From Sphaerodactylus townsendi (lineage: Eukaryota), in NCBI RefSeq assembly GCF_021028975.2, contig NC_059436.1, positions 25,048,001 to 25,112,000 of the forward strand: a stretch of DNA of 64,000 nt, written 5' to 3'. Below are positions 13,223-26,472 of the stretch, piece after piece. Position 1 is the first letter of the stretch, and every line of letters starts with the position of its first letter. The position numbers and the translations under genes are program-made. A model generated the notes under the pieces. That model saw nothing but the letters and a program-made list of their open reading frames with translations. It ran no database searches and was not told the origin of the DNA.

Positions 13223-14307
13223 TGGCCATCAGTGTGGCCCTCAAAGTGGCAAACTCTGTCACCGCTGCCGCTCCCCCTTTGCAGTGAACACCACGAGAGT
13301 CCAAAGCAGCACAAAGTCATGTTCAGTTTATGCTTCCCGCCTTTTCCAGGTTAGGGAGAGGTTCCACTGGGGAATACCTTGAGGACTCACCCACCCCCAG
13401 TCTCCAAACTCTGGCTGAACCCCTTTCACAGAGCTCTGAATCTAGGTCACCAAAAAGCCTCTTGCCTTCCGCTCCTCCGAAAGCTCCCAGTTGGAATGTT
13501 CAGAAGCAAACAGGAGCCTCGCGAATGACAGAAAAGGCCCTGGAGCTTTGCTTCTCGGCGATACATCTGATTCTTTCAACATTACAAAGAGCTTCACTTC
13601 GGAGGCATATTTGGGCTGCTTCCCTCTGTGTGTTTTTTAAAATGTCAGGACGAAAATTTAATATTGCAGAAAGCCCTTGATGAACCCAAATTCACAATTA
13701 TGGGGGAGGGAGTTGGGGGGATCCCCCCCATGTGAAAGAATAGCCTCATTTTTAAAAATGTATTTTCATGTGCAAAAAAGGCACCCCTGAACCTAGCCAG
13801 CCTCCCTCAAAGCCCTGCAGCGCTTCAAAGGTTTCTTGCCTCTGCTCTGAAGGAGACCCTCTTGAATTTGCTTAGTTGAAAAGGCAACTTCTCAAGGGAC
13901 GCTTCCTTTGGATTCCACTGCCCTTTCCACAAGAACTGAATAAACATTTCAGTCAAGATTTCTCCGAGGATCTGTGGTTAAAGTCATAACCTTTCCGGCA
14001 GACCCCATTAACTCCTCCAGCCTCGGTAGCTGGCCCCGGCCTCTGTGGAGGGACTCGGGGCCCACAGCCGGGGAAGGTTGCCTTCCACTCGAGTTGACTT
14101 TGGCCAAACACCACTGGCTGGAATTTATCTGCAAAGATGAGTCTCAGGGAAGAGTGCTCATCTTTGCTATTTATAAACCCAAGACACAGAGTATGTAAAT
14201 ACTTCGCCATTCAGTATTTATGAAGTGCTATAAAATGTGACAGGAAGGGCTGGGAGCCAAACTCGGCTTTAGCAAGGCTGCAGCCCACCACTCTGGCTGC
14301 ATGGAGG

Positions 14308-14673
14308 TAGAGGCATACCAGCAATACATGGCGCCTGGGGCAAAAAAAAACCCCACACGTGTGTGCGCCCTTTGCACACCCCATGCCCCCCATTGGTGGG
14401 GGGCCCGGCAGGTGGCAGCAGCCGGCGCCAGCTGCTGCTGGGCCTCCACCTCCACCGGAGGCTGCGCCTGCCTCGCTTGAGGGGCTTGCCATGACCCGGC
14501 GACAGCTGCTGCTGGCAGGGGTGCCCATACCTGCCAGAGGGGCATGCAGCCTCCCAGCCCTTGACCACGGCTTCATCACGTGGAGGGCATGATTTTGCAC
14601 CCCCCACATAATCAAATGGGTGGTGCCTGGGGACGTGTGACCCCCACATGTCCCTCTGGCAGGTACGCCCCTA
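14308..14673 (-). mobile_element. hAT-type MITE
   Basis: TIRs TAGAGGCATACC and GGTACGCCCCTA. Exact 8-bp TSD catggagg at 14300-14307 and 14674-14681. Confidence 0.9.
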
Positions 14674-14790
14674 CATGGAGGGATTCTGGCGCAAGTTGAA
14701 TCCCCCTTGCCGGATTTCTGCTGCTGCAGCCGATGAAATGATGCAAAGCTTGTACCCAAAGTAGGCGGACCGAAGCCAGTGGTAGCCCCC

Positions 14791-14850
14791 GGGGCTCGGC
14801 AGTAGAGCATCTGTTTGGCATGCAGAAGGTCCCAGGTTCAACTCCAGCTT
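14791..14850 (+). mobile_element. tRNA-Ala-derived SINE head fragment
   Basis: gtagagcatctgtttggcatgcagaaggtcccaggttcaactcc matches the head of the 63118 copy. Confidence 0.7.
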
Positions 14851-14980
14851 GAGAAACAAGTACAGCATTAGCTCCCCCAGTGAGCTTTCCAGAGCTTTCC
14901 AGAGCAGGGCAGGATGGGGCTCCCTGGAAGCATCAACCCAGACTGGCCCCTCGATGCAACCATGGGGGTGAGGCTGAAGG

Positions 14981-15355
14981 AGGGTTGCTAAATTCCAAGT
15001 GAAGTAGGAAGGTTTCCTGGAATAACAACTGATCTCCATGTGACAGGGATAACTTTCCAGCAGAACATGGTTGCTTTGATGGGCAGTCTACAGCCTGGGG
15101 AGGGCGGAAGTGACCCTGCTGAGGGGCTGATTCCACCCCTGTTCCCCACAGGCTCCACCCTGAAATCCCTACTTGGTAACGTGGCCAGCCCTGGGTTGGG
15201 GAATTCCTGGAGATTAGTGGGTGGAGCCTGTGAAGGTCAGGGCTTGGAGACGGGAGGGGCTTCACCTCAGTAGGGCCTGTGGCCACAGATTCCAGCCTCC
15301 AAAGCAGCCACGTCACCCAACTGCTCTCTGGAGATCAGTTGCAACTTGGGAGGTT
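14981..15355. mobile_element. Two adjacent, oppositely oriented copies of the TAGGGTTGCCA-TIR hAT-like MITE
   Basis: 14981-15175 (+) and 15178-15355 (-) both align by eye to 44717-44927. Confidence 0.65.
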
Positions 15356-18039
15356 TTGTCAGTGTGCGCTTAATGTCTGAATGTCTGGGGCCTCTTTGGG
15401 TTGCTGAATCTTGCCATTCATTGTTTTGTTGTCCTCTCTGTGCTGGCAACTATAGACAACAGCGGCATCTCTAGCCTTCTCCGCAGTGGGAGGGGTGGCC
15501 AGGTGGCTCTATATCTTTCCCTAGACCTCAGCAATGGACTTTCGCTTTCCTTGACTTTTCCAGCTTTTACTTTGCGTAGTTGTGAGCAGGGAAGGGAGTG
15601 GACAGCAGAGGTAATAAAGCTGTCAGGCAGCTATTTGGGGGGAATTGGGTTAGGAAATGGCTTCTGCAACCGAAGCCACTGGGTTCAGCCTGTTCATCCT
15701 GAGCCAAAGTAAAGAGACTTCTGATTTTATAAAGAATCCAGAGTCTGTCATTCAGAATTAAATCAGTAGGACCTGATTAAAGCTTTTCCCAGGCTCTGCC
15801 TGGAAGTTGGCAAGCCTGTCACTTGGCAAGGCTGAGGCTAAAGGGGGTGACTCTACCAAGCTGCATCCATTTTTGAGCATGCTGGAACCCCTCCAGGCAG
15901 AGGGTTGAGGTCCCAACTTGGCCGGCTGACTGTGGACATCCAAGGCAGAGCGCAACTGCAGCCGGCCTGTTTGCAGGCAGCTGCTGTGACAGTCTAAACT
16001 TGGAAGCCCTTCTCTACACACAAAGTTGCATCAAGCCTCAGGAGGAGGGGGGGAAACAGTTGCCAAAAATGAGTTCTCGAATTCAGAAAATTTTGTTCCT
16101 CAATCAAGGCCGAACTGATCCTTCTCCACTGCTGTCTCTAGGCTGTGCTAAAATAAAAGATTACTTGTAAGCTTGAAGTTGTAAAAAGCATGATCATTAT
16201 TTCTAGCACATTTATTGAATGTTTTTCTTTGGCACAAATTTGATGCTATTTTGAAGCAGATATGGTTGGTATGGGCTTGAATAATTGGATTGATCCTGTA
16301 TTCTGCTAGCTTTGTAGGATGCTGGGAGATAGAGGCACCTGTAAAGGCAGGCCTCTGCAACCCCAGGGCCCCTGCAGCTCATCTCCAGCCAGGACCAAAG
16401 CCTTTTTTGGGGGGGGGGGGGGGGCAGAGGTGCCTGCCAGCCAGCCGCCCCCAAAAGGACAGTGACATCCAGAACTGGAGAGACTTGGGCTGCCTCCCCC
16501 AGAAAGACCACTTGAGGAGCCTGCTTGACTGGCAGCTCCGATCGACACCTTGTGGGTCAACTCTGTTCTTTGCAAACCGAGGTCTGGGTGGCAAAACAAC
16601 TGGAGGAAGCCAGTGGTCCTGGTTTGTAGACAGGAGTGTGCCATGTGGGTGTTAGGCACTTTGTGATGTTGTGATGGAGCGCCAGACAAGGCTAGCAGGG
16701 GGTGAGCTCTGTGAGTGGGCATTCAGGCCAAACCCTCTCCTCCTTGAAGGCCTGTTTCCAGACCTTTGGTGCCTGCCCCCTGCCTACAGGAAGCACTCCG
16801 CTCTCTCTGCCATCCTTTAGGTAGAAAGGATGCATGAGAGGGGGCATTTACACCTGACACCGAAATCCTTCTGGGTGCTCCTTCTGAAATCCTTCTGAGA
16901 TCCTTCTGGGTGCTCTGAGACAAGATTTAAAATGGGTAATTAAATTCTGGACCCGTATCTGAACACAAGAGTCCAAGACTTGCCGAAATGACCTTGGGCA
17001 AGATGGCAGTAACCATCCTCAGCTGTCTGCCTTGGCACATAACTGCCTGAGATGTTTCCAGGTTGCATTTTTGGGGAGGGGAGGGCTTGTGTATCTTCTC
17101 TAACAATATGGGCAGAAGCAGTCAGTGGCTCTGCAATGCTGCCCTATCCCAGGGGCTCTAGAGCACTGAAGGAACTGCTCTGTGATGCCAGCTTGAGGAA
17201 GCAGAGGCAGCTAAAACACCAATGCAAACAATGTTCACCAGAAACGCTCTGCTCAGTCATAGTGCAAATGCAGCCCTGCACTTTTGTGCCTCTGCTATTC
17301 AAGGTCCAGATTAAATCCTTCCCTGCCTTGCCCATCAGAACTGTGAGTGGACCACAGGCCGTTACCAGGACTCAGCAGTGGCAAGCACATTGCCCATGGC
17401 AAGCATGTTGCCCAAAATCCAGGCCGTTGTTCCAGGTGCTACAGCAGCGGAGGAGCTGAGAAGGACAGTGGTCAGAAATGACTGATGGATTCAGGCTCTC
17501 TGGTCTTCCTGAGGCTAAGAAACCAGCACAGGCCGGTCAGATGCAACTCTGGAAAGAGTTCTGAAATCAATTTGCAAAATAAAAATCCTCCAGCAAACAC
17601 TTTGAAGTAGCGTTTTCTTTGAAGACAATTGAATTGTTCATGGTCTTATCGCCAAGAATAGAAACAGCTGCATGCCTGGCCCTGCACTACAACCTCTGGT
17701 CCAGAGGGCTGCATCACCAATGTTCCTGAGTAGCTCTTCCTGGTGAGTGAGGGGCTTCAGGGCAGCTGCCTGCAGAAGCTGGAGTGAAGGTTTGCAAAAT
17801 TCAGAACGTGGAGGCAGGTCCAGCTTAGCCCCTGGGGTTTCATGGGCTCCACCTGTCCTGATTTACCAGAAACAGACTTTGTTTTCTGTTCCTGCCCAGC
17901 CAGATCTCATCCTACAAGGCACCTATTCTGCCCTGTTCCCCAGAGGTAATCCCTCCAGATCTGAGTGTGGAAATGTATGTTGTCTGCAGCACAGCTGAAG
18001 GTAACCGCATTAACCCTGCAATGTACAATCTGCTAATGT

Positions 18040-18420
18040 CAACACAAGAAGAGCCCTGCTGGATCAGACCAAAGGCCCAGCCAGCCCAGCATTCTGCTCA
18101 CACAGCAGCAAACCAGCCACTTCTAGGAAACCCACAAACAGGAAGACTGCAACAACATTCTCCCACCTGTGTTCCCTGGCAACTGATTCAAGGAGTGGGA
18201 GGAGCAGATATCCATCATAACTAGCAGCCACTGATAGCCCAGTCCTCCATGAATGTGACTCCTCCCCCTTTCAAGTCTTCCATGTTGGCAGGCATGACCA
18301 CATCTTGTGACAGTGAGTTCCACAAATTAGCTATACTCTCTGTAAAGAAGTACTTCCCTTTGCCTGTCTTGAATCTCCCACCCTTCAGCTTCAATGGATG
18401 ACTTCAAGTTCTAGTATAGT
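18040..18420 (-). mobile_element. Old CR1 LINE 3' fragment
   Basis: aagagccctgctggatcagacc terminal motif followed by reverse-complement ORF2 C-terminal sequence. Confidence 0.75.
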
Positions 18421-19179
18421 TTTGTAGACCTTTATCATGACTCCTCTTAATCACCCAGACTGTTGATAGATTGTAAACAATGAGGTTTTTAATGCACAGT
18501 TTTTTAAACCTTTTAAAAGACTTCCTGACTTTTCAATCAGTCCAGGTCAGTGGAGTAAATGAACCTGGCAGGGCGAATGGAGGCCTGAGCAGCCTGGGAC
18601 GATGGTTCTGGCTTGAGAACAGCGGAGTAGCCAGCAGGTTCCTGCTTTCAACCATGAGTTATGCAGAGTTCTGGGTGAAAGTTCAAATCCCAGTGATGCA
18701 TCTGAATTCTGATGTGGCGTTCTGCTCAACATCTGAAATGTGAGTGCTGTGATCTTCAGGCATCTTGTGATTGTCTTGGCAGGCATCAAATACACAAGGC
18801 CATCACCCGTCAGCTGTCAAATACTGACTCTGCTGCGTCTCATCCATCCAGCTCTGCCAAATGCTGAATGCCATTACATGTTAACTGTGGCAAATGCTGA
18901 AATGCTAATATTGTTGCCTGCCCACCATCAAATGCCATCACGTTTCCACTACTGAACACCTAATATTATCGGCTGTCAACTACAGATACCCAATATTCAG
19001 TGAATATTCAACAAAATACTGTAAACTTGAAGGCATCTCTGGAAAAATATTTGGCATCAAAACCTGCAGAGGAGAATTTGGAAGAGCAAATTTATGTCAG
19101 TTTGAGTTCTGTTCTGGAACTTCTTGGCATTCCTTCCTTCACAAATCTTGCCTAACACCTTCTCAAAGCCTCCCACCGC

Positions 19180-19373
19180 ATGAACACGTGGAGCTGTCTC
19201 ATGCCAAAAAAGGCCATTGGCCCATCTAGCTCAGTTTGTTGTCTTCTGGTTGGCAAAAGCTCTCCAAGTTCTCAGGTGGAAAAAGGCCTTTCCCAACATC
19301 AGCCACCCAGAGATTTCCAGAACTGACCTTGGGACCAGCCTGCAAGCCAAGTGCTCTGCCACGGAGCCACAAC
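19180..19373 (-). mobile_element. Diverged tRNA-derived SINE with CR1-type tail
   Basis: Similar to the reverse complement of 63118-63306 (ggccattggcccatct...gctctgccacggagccac). Confidence 0.55.
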
Positions 19374-20411
19374 TGTCCCGGGAGGCCTCCAGGCCATTGA
19401 TCACAACTTCACGCTCCCCCAGAGCCCTTGGAAGGCTGCCCAGGTTGGAACCACGCTGCTGTTTATTTCAACAGCTTGTCTGTTGCACCAGGAGGCCACC
19501 TTGCAAAAATGTTGGCGGTGAAAAATTAATTCCTACTCGAACTCACCGCAAAGCTTCTCGTTGGGGATGAATTCCCCTTCATTACTCTCTCAGCCATTCT
19601 TCTTGCCCAAAGATGACAGACATGGAGCACAAGAGAGGTGGCCTCTTATCTGCAGAACTTCGTTAGCAGGCTATTTAAATCATTCTAATTACTCCAGAAA
19701 CCCACCATTAACTTTGCCAGTGAGATGTGCTAGGAAGACACCCTCATTTGGGTCCCACTATATTTTACACAGCTTACAGGAATGACTCGCTGAGTTGAGG
19801 CAGGGCAGGAAGGGATGGGGGGGGGGGGGACCAAGCAGGGAAATGTCCTGACATTAGGAATTCAGATTTCATTACAACGGCATTGATTGCCGTGGACTGA
19901 TTTAGCAGAGGCCTGATTGTCAGATGGAGAGCAGAGGCTGGAAAAGGCATCGAGAGTCAAAATTACAGGGGAAATAATGAGAAATGGAAATGCCACAAGG
20001 ATGGATTCCGGTAAACACTTTCGATCATCGGGGGGGGGGGGGGGCAGAATGTGCTGCCTGCAGAAGCGATGGGACAGGGGAGGGGGGGCCGCAGCTTGTG
20101 TCCCGGGGCCAAACAGAACCCGGCCAGAAATATAGATGTGTGCTGGCGGCGATGGTGATGATCACAATCCCTTTTGGGGATGATTGGCAGGGAAGGTTTG
20201 GAGGGAGGGCATGTATACTATGGGAATTTGGGAATATTGGGATATGGGGGTCCCATGGGGCTACAGCTCATCTTCAGATCACAGATATCATTTGTCCTGG
20301 AGAAAATGAATGAATTTGGAGGGTAGACTGTATGGCCCTGTGTCCCCTGCTGAGATCCCTTTCCCCCCAGGCTCTATCACCCAATCTTCAAGGGTTTCCC
20401 AGCTAGGATCT

Positions 20412-20549
20412 NNNNNNNNNNNNNNNNNNNNNNNNNNNNNNNNNNNNNNNNNNNNNNNNNNNNNNNNNNNNNNNNNNNNNNNNNNNNNNNNNNNNNNNNN
20501 NNNNNNNNNNNNNNNNNNNNNNNNNNNNNNNNNNNNNNNNNNNNNNNNN
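20412..20549. other. Assembly gap
   Basis: Run of N. Confidence 1.
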
Positions 20550-21561
20550 CCTAGAAACCTTACAGCATAACTGTTATCTGTTCTGTTGCAATCTGGCAAA
20601 GTGACTTGAAAGCACTAAATGGTATCGATTATGTACTACCTGACAGACAGACAGAGAGAAGCCTTACTCAACAGTGAGATGGAGCTATCCTTAGAATGAA
20701 TATAGTATAGGAATGCCCACTTAAATGCAACCATCCTTGACCTTCCTTCTGAGTGACCACCAGGTCGGAGTTTGGTGGGTTTCTCTGGGGAGAGCATTTA
20801 AAGCAACTTTGCAAGCATGTTCTGAGTGCTTTTCCCAAGAGCTCAATATAAATAACGGCTGCACCTGGACATACTTTGGAGGATCTAGGCCTGAACCTCA
20901 AGGTTAGGAATTACATGCTAAATAAGCTCTGTTACAAAAGAAATGGCAGAAATTTAAAAGAAAGTCATTCACTTAATGCAAGATGCTGCTGCACCAAGAT
21001 TCTGTGTTTCGAGGTAAACACTTGTTTACTTCTAATAGAATTGCCTGCAGGCTTGAGTGAGGAAATCTTCCTGTTGCATTTGTCTCCCCACCTGCTTTTT
21101 AACCTGCTAGGAAGCATTCCAGAAGCCCACCCGTGGCACAGCACTGCCCCAGACTCAGCACTTGATTGGGAATGCAGCCAAACGATGATTGAGAGAATGT
21201 TAGGAGAATTCTGCAGGGTGGGATAAGGAGAGGGTTCCGTGGTGGGTCCCTTCCTCCTCCCATTGGCCTTGCAGGTTGTCTCTGCCACAGCACAGCAACT
21301 TGTAGGCAAGCCAAGAGGTCAATGGAGCAGATGAAAGAGACCTCAGGAAAGCAGGGAACGTTGCTTCCACATGAAAATCATCTTGGGTTTTTAGTTAGAG
21401 GACTTGTATTGGAGTAGTTTAACTCTTTCTTGATTGGTCAGTCACAAGCAGTTGCTAGTTACAGGAGACCAGGAGATAGCAAGGTGGGACTGGCTCTGTG
21501 GGGTGCCACAGGGTTGGTGTGGCTTCCAGTGTACTTTCATCTTGACATAACACCCTTCAGG

Positions 21562-21858
21562 GGAGCAGCAATGGCAAAGTGGTTAAGATCAGGTGCACTC
21601 TAATCTGGAGAACTGCATTTGATTCCCCGCTCTGCAACTTGAGCTGTGGAGGCTTATCTGGGGAACTACATTAGCTTGTGCACTCCAACACATGCCAGCT
21701 GGGTGACCTTGGGCTAGTCACAGTTTTTTGGAGCTCTCTCAGCCCCACCCACCTCAAAGGGGGTTTGTTGGGGGGAGGGAGGCAAAGGAGATTGTAAGCT
21801 CCTTTGAGTCTCCTTACAGGAGAGAAACAGGGGTATAAATCCAAACTCCTCTTTTCCT
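21562..21858 (+). mobile_element. tRNA/CORE SINE (Squam3-like)
   Basis: Colinear with 50101-50399. Confidence 0.85.
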
Positions 21859-22476
21859 CCAGGAGAAAGGCAAGCTGGCATCACAGTTTTGAAAGTCACC
21901 CAGTTTTGAAAGTCACCCATTCAGCCAATCAGATCCTTGGGCACATCATCCTAGTCTTTGGGAGAACCCAAACAGAACTGTGATTGGGAACGGGGCTGCT
22001 GAATACTCAGCATGGCTTCATTTGTTATCTATTAAATAGACATCTGATCTGGAATGGAAAGTGCTGAGAAGAGGGCTTCCTTGGGGAGGGGAGTCAAATG
22101 AACTTTGGGAGCCTTATTCTGCTGTCTGCTCACAACAAGGCCAGGTCAGGCCAAGGGGCTCAGCCCCACGCAGGAGGAGCCACTCCAGGCCCGGCAGGCC
22201 CTCCTCTTCGCTGCGCTTGCCAGTCCTTCCACGAAGTCTCTGCTTCTCAAGGTTGCAGCCCCACTGGAGAAACACAGTGGGAGAGCAATTATATATCATT
22301 AGTAATAAATGTGTAACTCCTTCAATTAATTAGCTCCCTTTAATTATGTTTAAAAAAAACCTGTACATTTTCCAGAATGACATGAAAAGGAATAGAAATA
22401 AATGTAATATTTGTGAAAGGGGGTGGTGAGTGGCCTTTAAGAATCATTTTGCCTCTGTGGGAGAACGAGTACGTGA

Positions 22477-22487
22477 GTGTGTGTGTC

Positions 22488-22529
<42 letters not shown>
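22477..22529. repeat. (GT)n(GA)n microsatellite
   Basis: Read directly from the sequence. Confidence 0.95.
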
Positions 22530-22884
22530 CTTTCCCGCAATGGTAGTGTGTAGTATGCTCTCTCCAAGCAGCTAGCAGTCTTGGGGCAGTTTTTTTTTTT
22601 AAGGATTCATGGTTGTGTAAGGAAAGGTCACTGGACACGGAATTGAGCTTTTTGTAACAAAACCTTTTCATGAACAAATGCTCCTATAACAGCAAGTGGA
22701 ATTGGACAGGTACCTTTCAAAGAGGCTGCCCTGACACTTCTGTCTTGAGCATCCATCCCCTAGAAGCAGCTGCACCACCCTGCAGTTTCCAAGGTGACCC
22801 CAGACTGGCCGGCCCTGCCACGCAGACTGTTTCTCTTTTGTTGGCTGTGCTCAAACTCCATGTCGATTCATAAGCCTCTCCAAG

Positions 22885-23373
22885 GTCACAAAGCATTTCC
22901 CCCCATGTCCCTACTCGGCCTCTGCGGTCTGTGGAGGCAAACCTTCCGGTGGTCCCCAGCCCCTCAATGATGCGACCGGCCTCCACCAGGACCAGGGCTT
23001 TCACCGCCCTGGCCCCTGCCTGGTGGAACGCTCTCCCTCCAGCCATCAGGGTGCCGCAGGACCTTGGACAGTTCCACAGAGCTTGTAAAATAGCATTGTT
23101 CCACCTGGGTTTTGGGGAGGCTGGTGGCTGATGTGCTGCCCCCGCCACCCCCTGCATGCCGCCAGTCCCCTCCCAGGGAGGTAGGAGGTTTTTATCTGAG
23201 TTGCCATCTGGTGTTAGGTTTTTTGTTATGATGCGGTGTTTAATTATTTTCTGTTTTAATCATGGGGTTGTGATTATATGTTTTAAATGATATTTAATCT
23301 GTTGTACACTACCCAGACCCCTTTGAGGGTGGGCGGTATAGTAAGCTTAATAAATAAATAACAACAACAACAA
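22885..23373 (+). mobile_element. L2 LINE 3' end
   Basis: ORF2 C-terminus RAFTALAPAWWNALPPAIR...FHRACKIALF, then 3'UTR ending gggcggtata...aataaataaataacaacaac. Confidence 0.85.
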
Positions 23374-25697
23374 AATTTCCGGTTGCTTGGAATAGTCACC
23401 AGCCATGGCAGGCCATGGATTAGAACCCCCTCATTTATCAAGTCTCAGCCTGTGGAAACCTTAAAACTGGTCCCTTTGGTGGGTAGTCCTGTTGGTCTGC
23501 AGCAGAACAGTTAGAGACAAGTCCAGCAGCACTCCAGAGGCCAACAAGGTTTGCAGGGCAGGAGCGTTCAAGAGCCACAGTTTTCACAGCAACCTGCCCC
23601 AGGATGCAGCTCTGAGACAAGGAAGCCACAAGTGGCAGCTCCTGGTGGAGGCTGATCATGGCTTAAAGGCAACAGGTGCTCCCAGCCTCTCAGAAGTAAC
23701 TCCATCCTGGAACTTGCAGCCACTGTGGTTTCAGGGAGGCAGGATTTCAAAGTACAGACAAAGCCAGGCCTGGCTAAGGATCCCAACTGAGTGGGCATTC
23801 TGCTAACCTGGCTGAAATGAAACTCCAAATAAGCCATTTGAGGGTGGCTCAGGGATACCTGAAGTGATGCAAGGGCCCTCAGAGTTCAGGGGGTAAACAG
23901 AAGTTCTTTCCTAGAGCGTTTGGAGCCTTTTGGCTGGTGCCACTGGCCTAGGAGGCAGAAGGCTCCTGGTGGCAAGGCCTGGCTGGTGGGCAAGTCCAGG
24001 AACCACCAGTGATGCTTGGGAAGCCCTGCAGAGTATCACAAAGACTTCCATGTCCTGATTCATGGATAGCCAACAAATGCAGCCAAGAGTCCAGTGCCCA
24101 CTGGCGCTGCTGCCTGACAGCTGTTTCCTGGCTGCCTGGGTGCTGGCAGGCTGAGCCACCCAGAGATGCCAGCCAACATGGCGAGAGGTGGCTCTTCCTT
24201 TTTAGTTTTCAAATTTTCAAGAGGCATAGTATAGAACGTGGCCTCAGCTGTTAGCTGGCCCTTGACCCTTGATAAATTAAAGGGATAAAGCACCACCTAA
24301 CTGCAATTTGCCCCAGACAGCTCCCTCCCTCTCTGCTGCTCCACCACTTCCTGTAGTTTTCCTACAGGGCAAGCTTTTCAGCCACTGAAATTCTGAAACC
24401 CAGATTAATTTGTCCAAAAATTTACTAAAATCAAATGGTACAATCCAAGCAATTAACAGTGCAGGATTTTCTCCCCTGACTTCCCTGTGTTGGACCTGAA
24501 GAGAGCCCAGTGGAGGTTTGGGGATGCAGATTGCCAGAACCCGAGAGCCTTATTGGCACAGGGACCTTGCTCACTTTTACAGCTGGACCTAAATTTTTCC
24601 AGTACTTAAGAAATATGCAAGCTATTGAAAAATCCTCAGTATTCGAAAATATTGGAGAGCTTCAACTTTAGCACATTGTGATGTTTTATCATCCGCAGTT
24701 CTTGGGGATCACCCCAAATGCTTCTCTTTCGGCCAGCATTCATGTCCTTGTGGCGCACTGTGCCAGAGAGTGGGATCCATGTGCTGCTGTCCTGCAATTA
24801 TTATGAGCATGTTAGAGAGGTTGTAATTGCTCCACTTTTGGCGATGATGCCAGGCAGCTCAGCCGAACAGCCGATAACATCTCCTTGTTGCTGGGGAAAA
24901 TGTACATCAAAGCCATTTAAAATGTAGCCATTGAGATAAGGACCCAGATGGCAAAATAATTCTGCTAATCAGATTCTAATAATTGCTATTTAAACAATTG
25001 CATCATAAAAATCTCTTGATCGTATGATAAAATGTATATACAATTACTCAAATGGAAACAAGCCATCTTAAAGGTCAGCATCACAAAAAATGTTCTTCAT
25101 AGGAAAACCCAAAGCAAAATTAAAATGAGAATGTTTACAGAGCACATCTCTCCTTCCCAGGACGCCGACTTTGTATGAGGAAAGATAAAAGTGGTTACTT
25201 TTAAAAATACAGCAAAATCTAAACCTAAATTCTTAAAAAGGAAGAGAGAGAGATGTGGAGTGCCTGGAAGATTTTTCAAAAGCGTGGCGAGATGTACATT
25301 CATTCTTATTACTAACAGCATTATATCGTAGACAAACTTTTAAAGAAAAATCAAAGGATGCGCCTAACTGCTCTGGAGAATAGCCCGAAGCAGAACAAAT
25401 TGTGGGGAGGGGGAAAGGGAGGTAAAAAGCAACGGTGGGAAAAGTGAGATCTGGCGAGGAGAAGGAGCAGAGGCGGGGGGGCGCAGGGAAGGATCGGCAT
25501 CTCCCTTCCCTCCAAGTCTTTGCAGATCTCCACTTCTCAGCTACCCTAGGTAGATGTCATTGGCATGGACCGGGGCAACCTACCACTGAATATCGGTCAC
25601 TGGGGGGTGGGGTGCAACAGCAGAGGAGGCCTGTGTGTTGCTTGTGGACTTCTTGGAGAGGCTGATGGGCCAACAGAAGGCTGGTCTAGAGGGACCC

Positions 25698-26113
25698 CTA
25701 GAACCAGGGGGCATTCATTGAAAATGCTGGGGGGAAGAATGAGGACTAATAAAAGGAAACACTTCTTCACGCAACGTGTGATTGGTGTTTGGAATATGCT
25801 GCCACAGGAGGTGGTGATGGCCACTCACCTGGATAGCTTTAAAAGGGGCTTGGACAGATTTATGGAGGAGAAGTCGATTTATGGAGGAGAAGTCGATTTA
25901 TGGCTACCAATCTTGATCCTCCTTGATCTGAGATTGCAAATGCCTTAACAGACCAGGTGATCGGGAGCAACAGCCGCAGAAGGCCATTGCTTTCACATCC
26001 TACATGTGAGCTCCCAAAGGCACCTGGTGGGCCACTGCGAGTAGCAGAGAGCTGGACTAGATGGACTTTGGTCTGATCCAGCTGGCTTGTTCTTATGTTC
26101 TTATGTTCTTATG
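25698..26113 (+). mobile_element. Young CR1 LINE 3' end
   Basis: RTRGHSLK...KHFFTQRVIGVWNMLP. (TTCTTATG)3 tail. Small internal tandem duplication at about 25858-25900. Confidence 0.95.
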
Positions 26114-26160
26114 ACCCTTTGTCTGATCCAGAGAGGTTCTTCCCACACATTGTCTTACTC

Positions 26161-26284
26161 CCGTGGTGGCGAACCTTTGGCACTCCAGATGTTATGGACT
26201 ACAATTCCCAATTGGCCATGCTGGCAGGGGCTGATGGGAATTGTAGTCCATAACATCTGGAGTGCCAAAGGTTCACCACCACTG
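26161..26284. mobile_element. Palindromic hAT (Charlie/Chap-like) MITE
   Basis: Near-perfect hairpin (ggactacaattccca / tgggaattgtagtcc). Exact TSD tcttactc at 26153-26160 and 26285-26292. Confidence 0.92.
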
Positions 26285-26321
26285 TCTTACTCCAAGCCCT
26301 GCAACAACCTTGAAAGGGAAG

Positions 26322-26472
26322 CAGTGCCGTAGCGCCCAGGGGATGGGGGCATCTTGCACCGGGCATGCACTGGTGTGTGGTGGGGGTGTTCCGGGGCGGG
26401 GTGGACAGGGGCGTGTCAGGAGTGCAGGGCACACATGTGCCCTGGGAGCAGTTCCCCCTTGCTACGGCTCTG
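26322..26472 (+). mobile_element. hAT-type MITE
   Basis: TIRs CAGTGCCGTAGC and GCTACGGCTCTG. Imperfect TSD aagggaag/aaggaagg. Confidence 0.75.
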
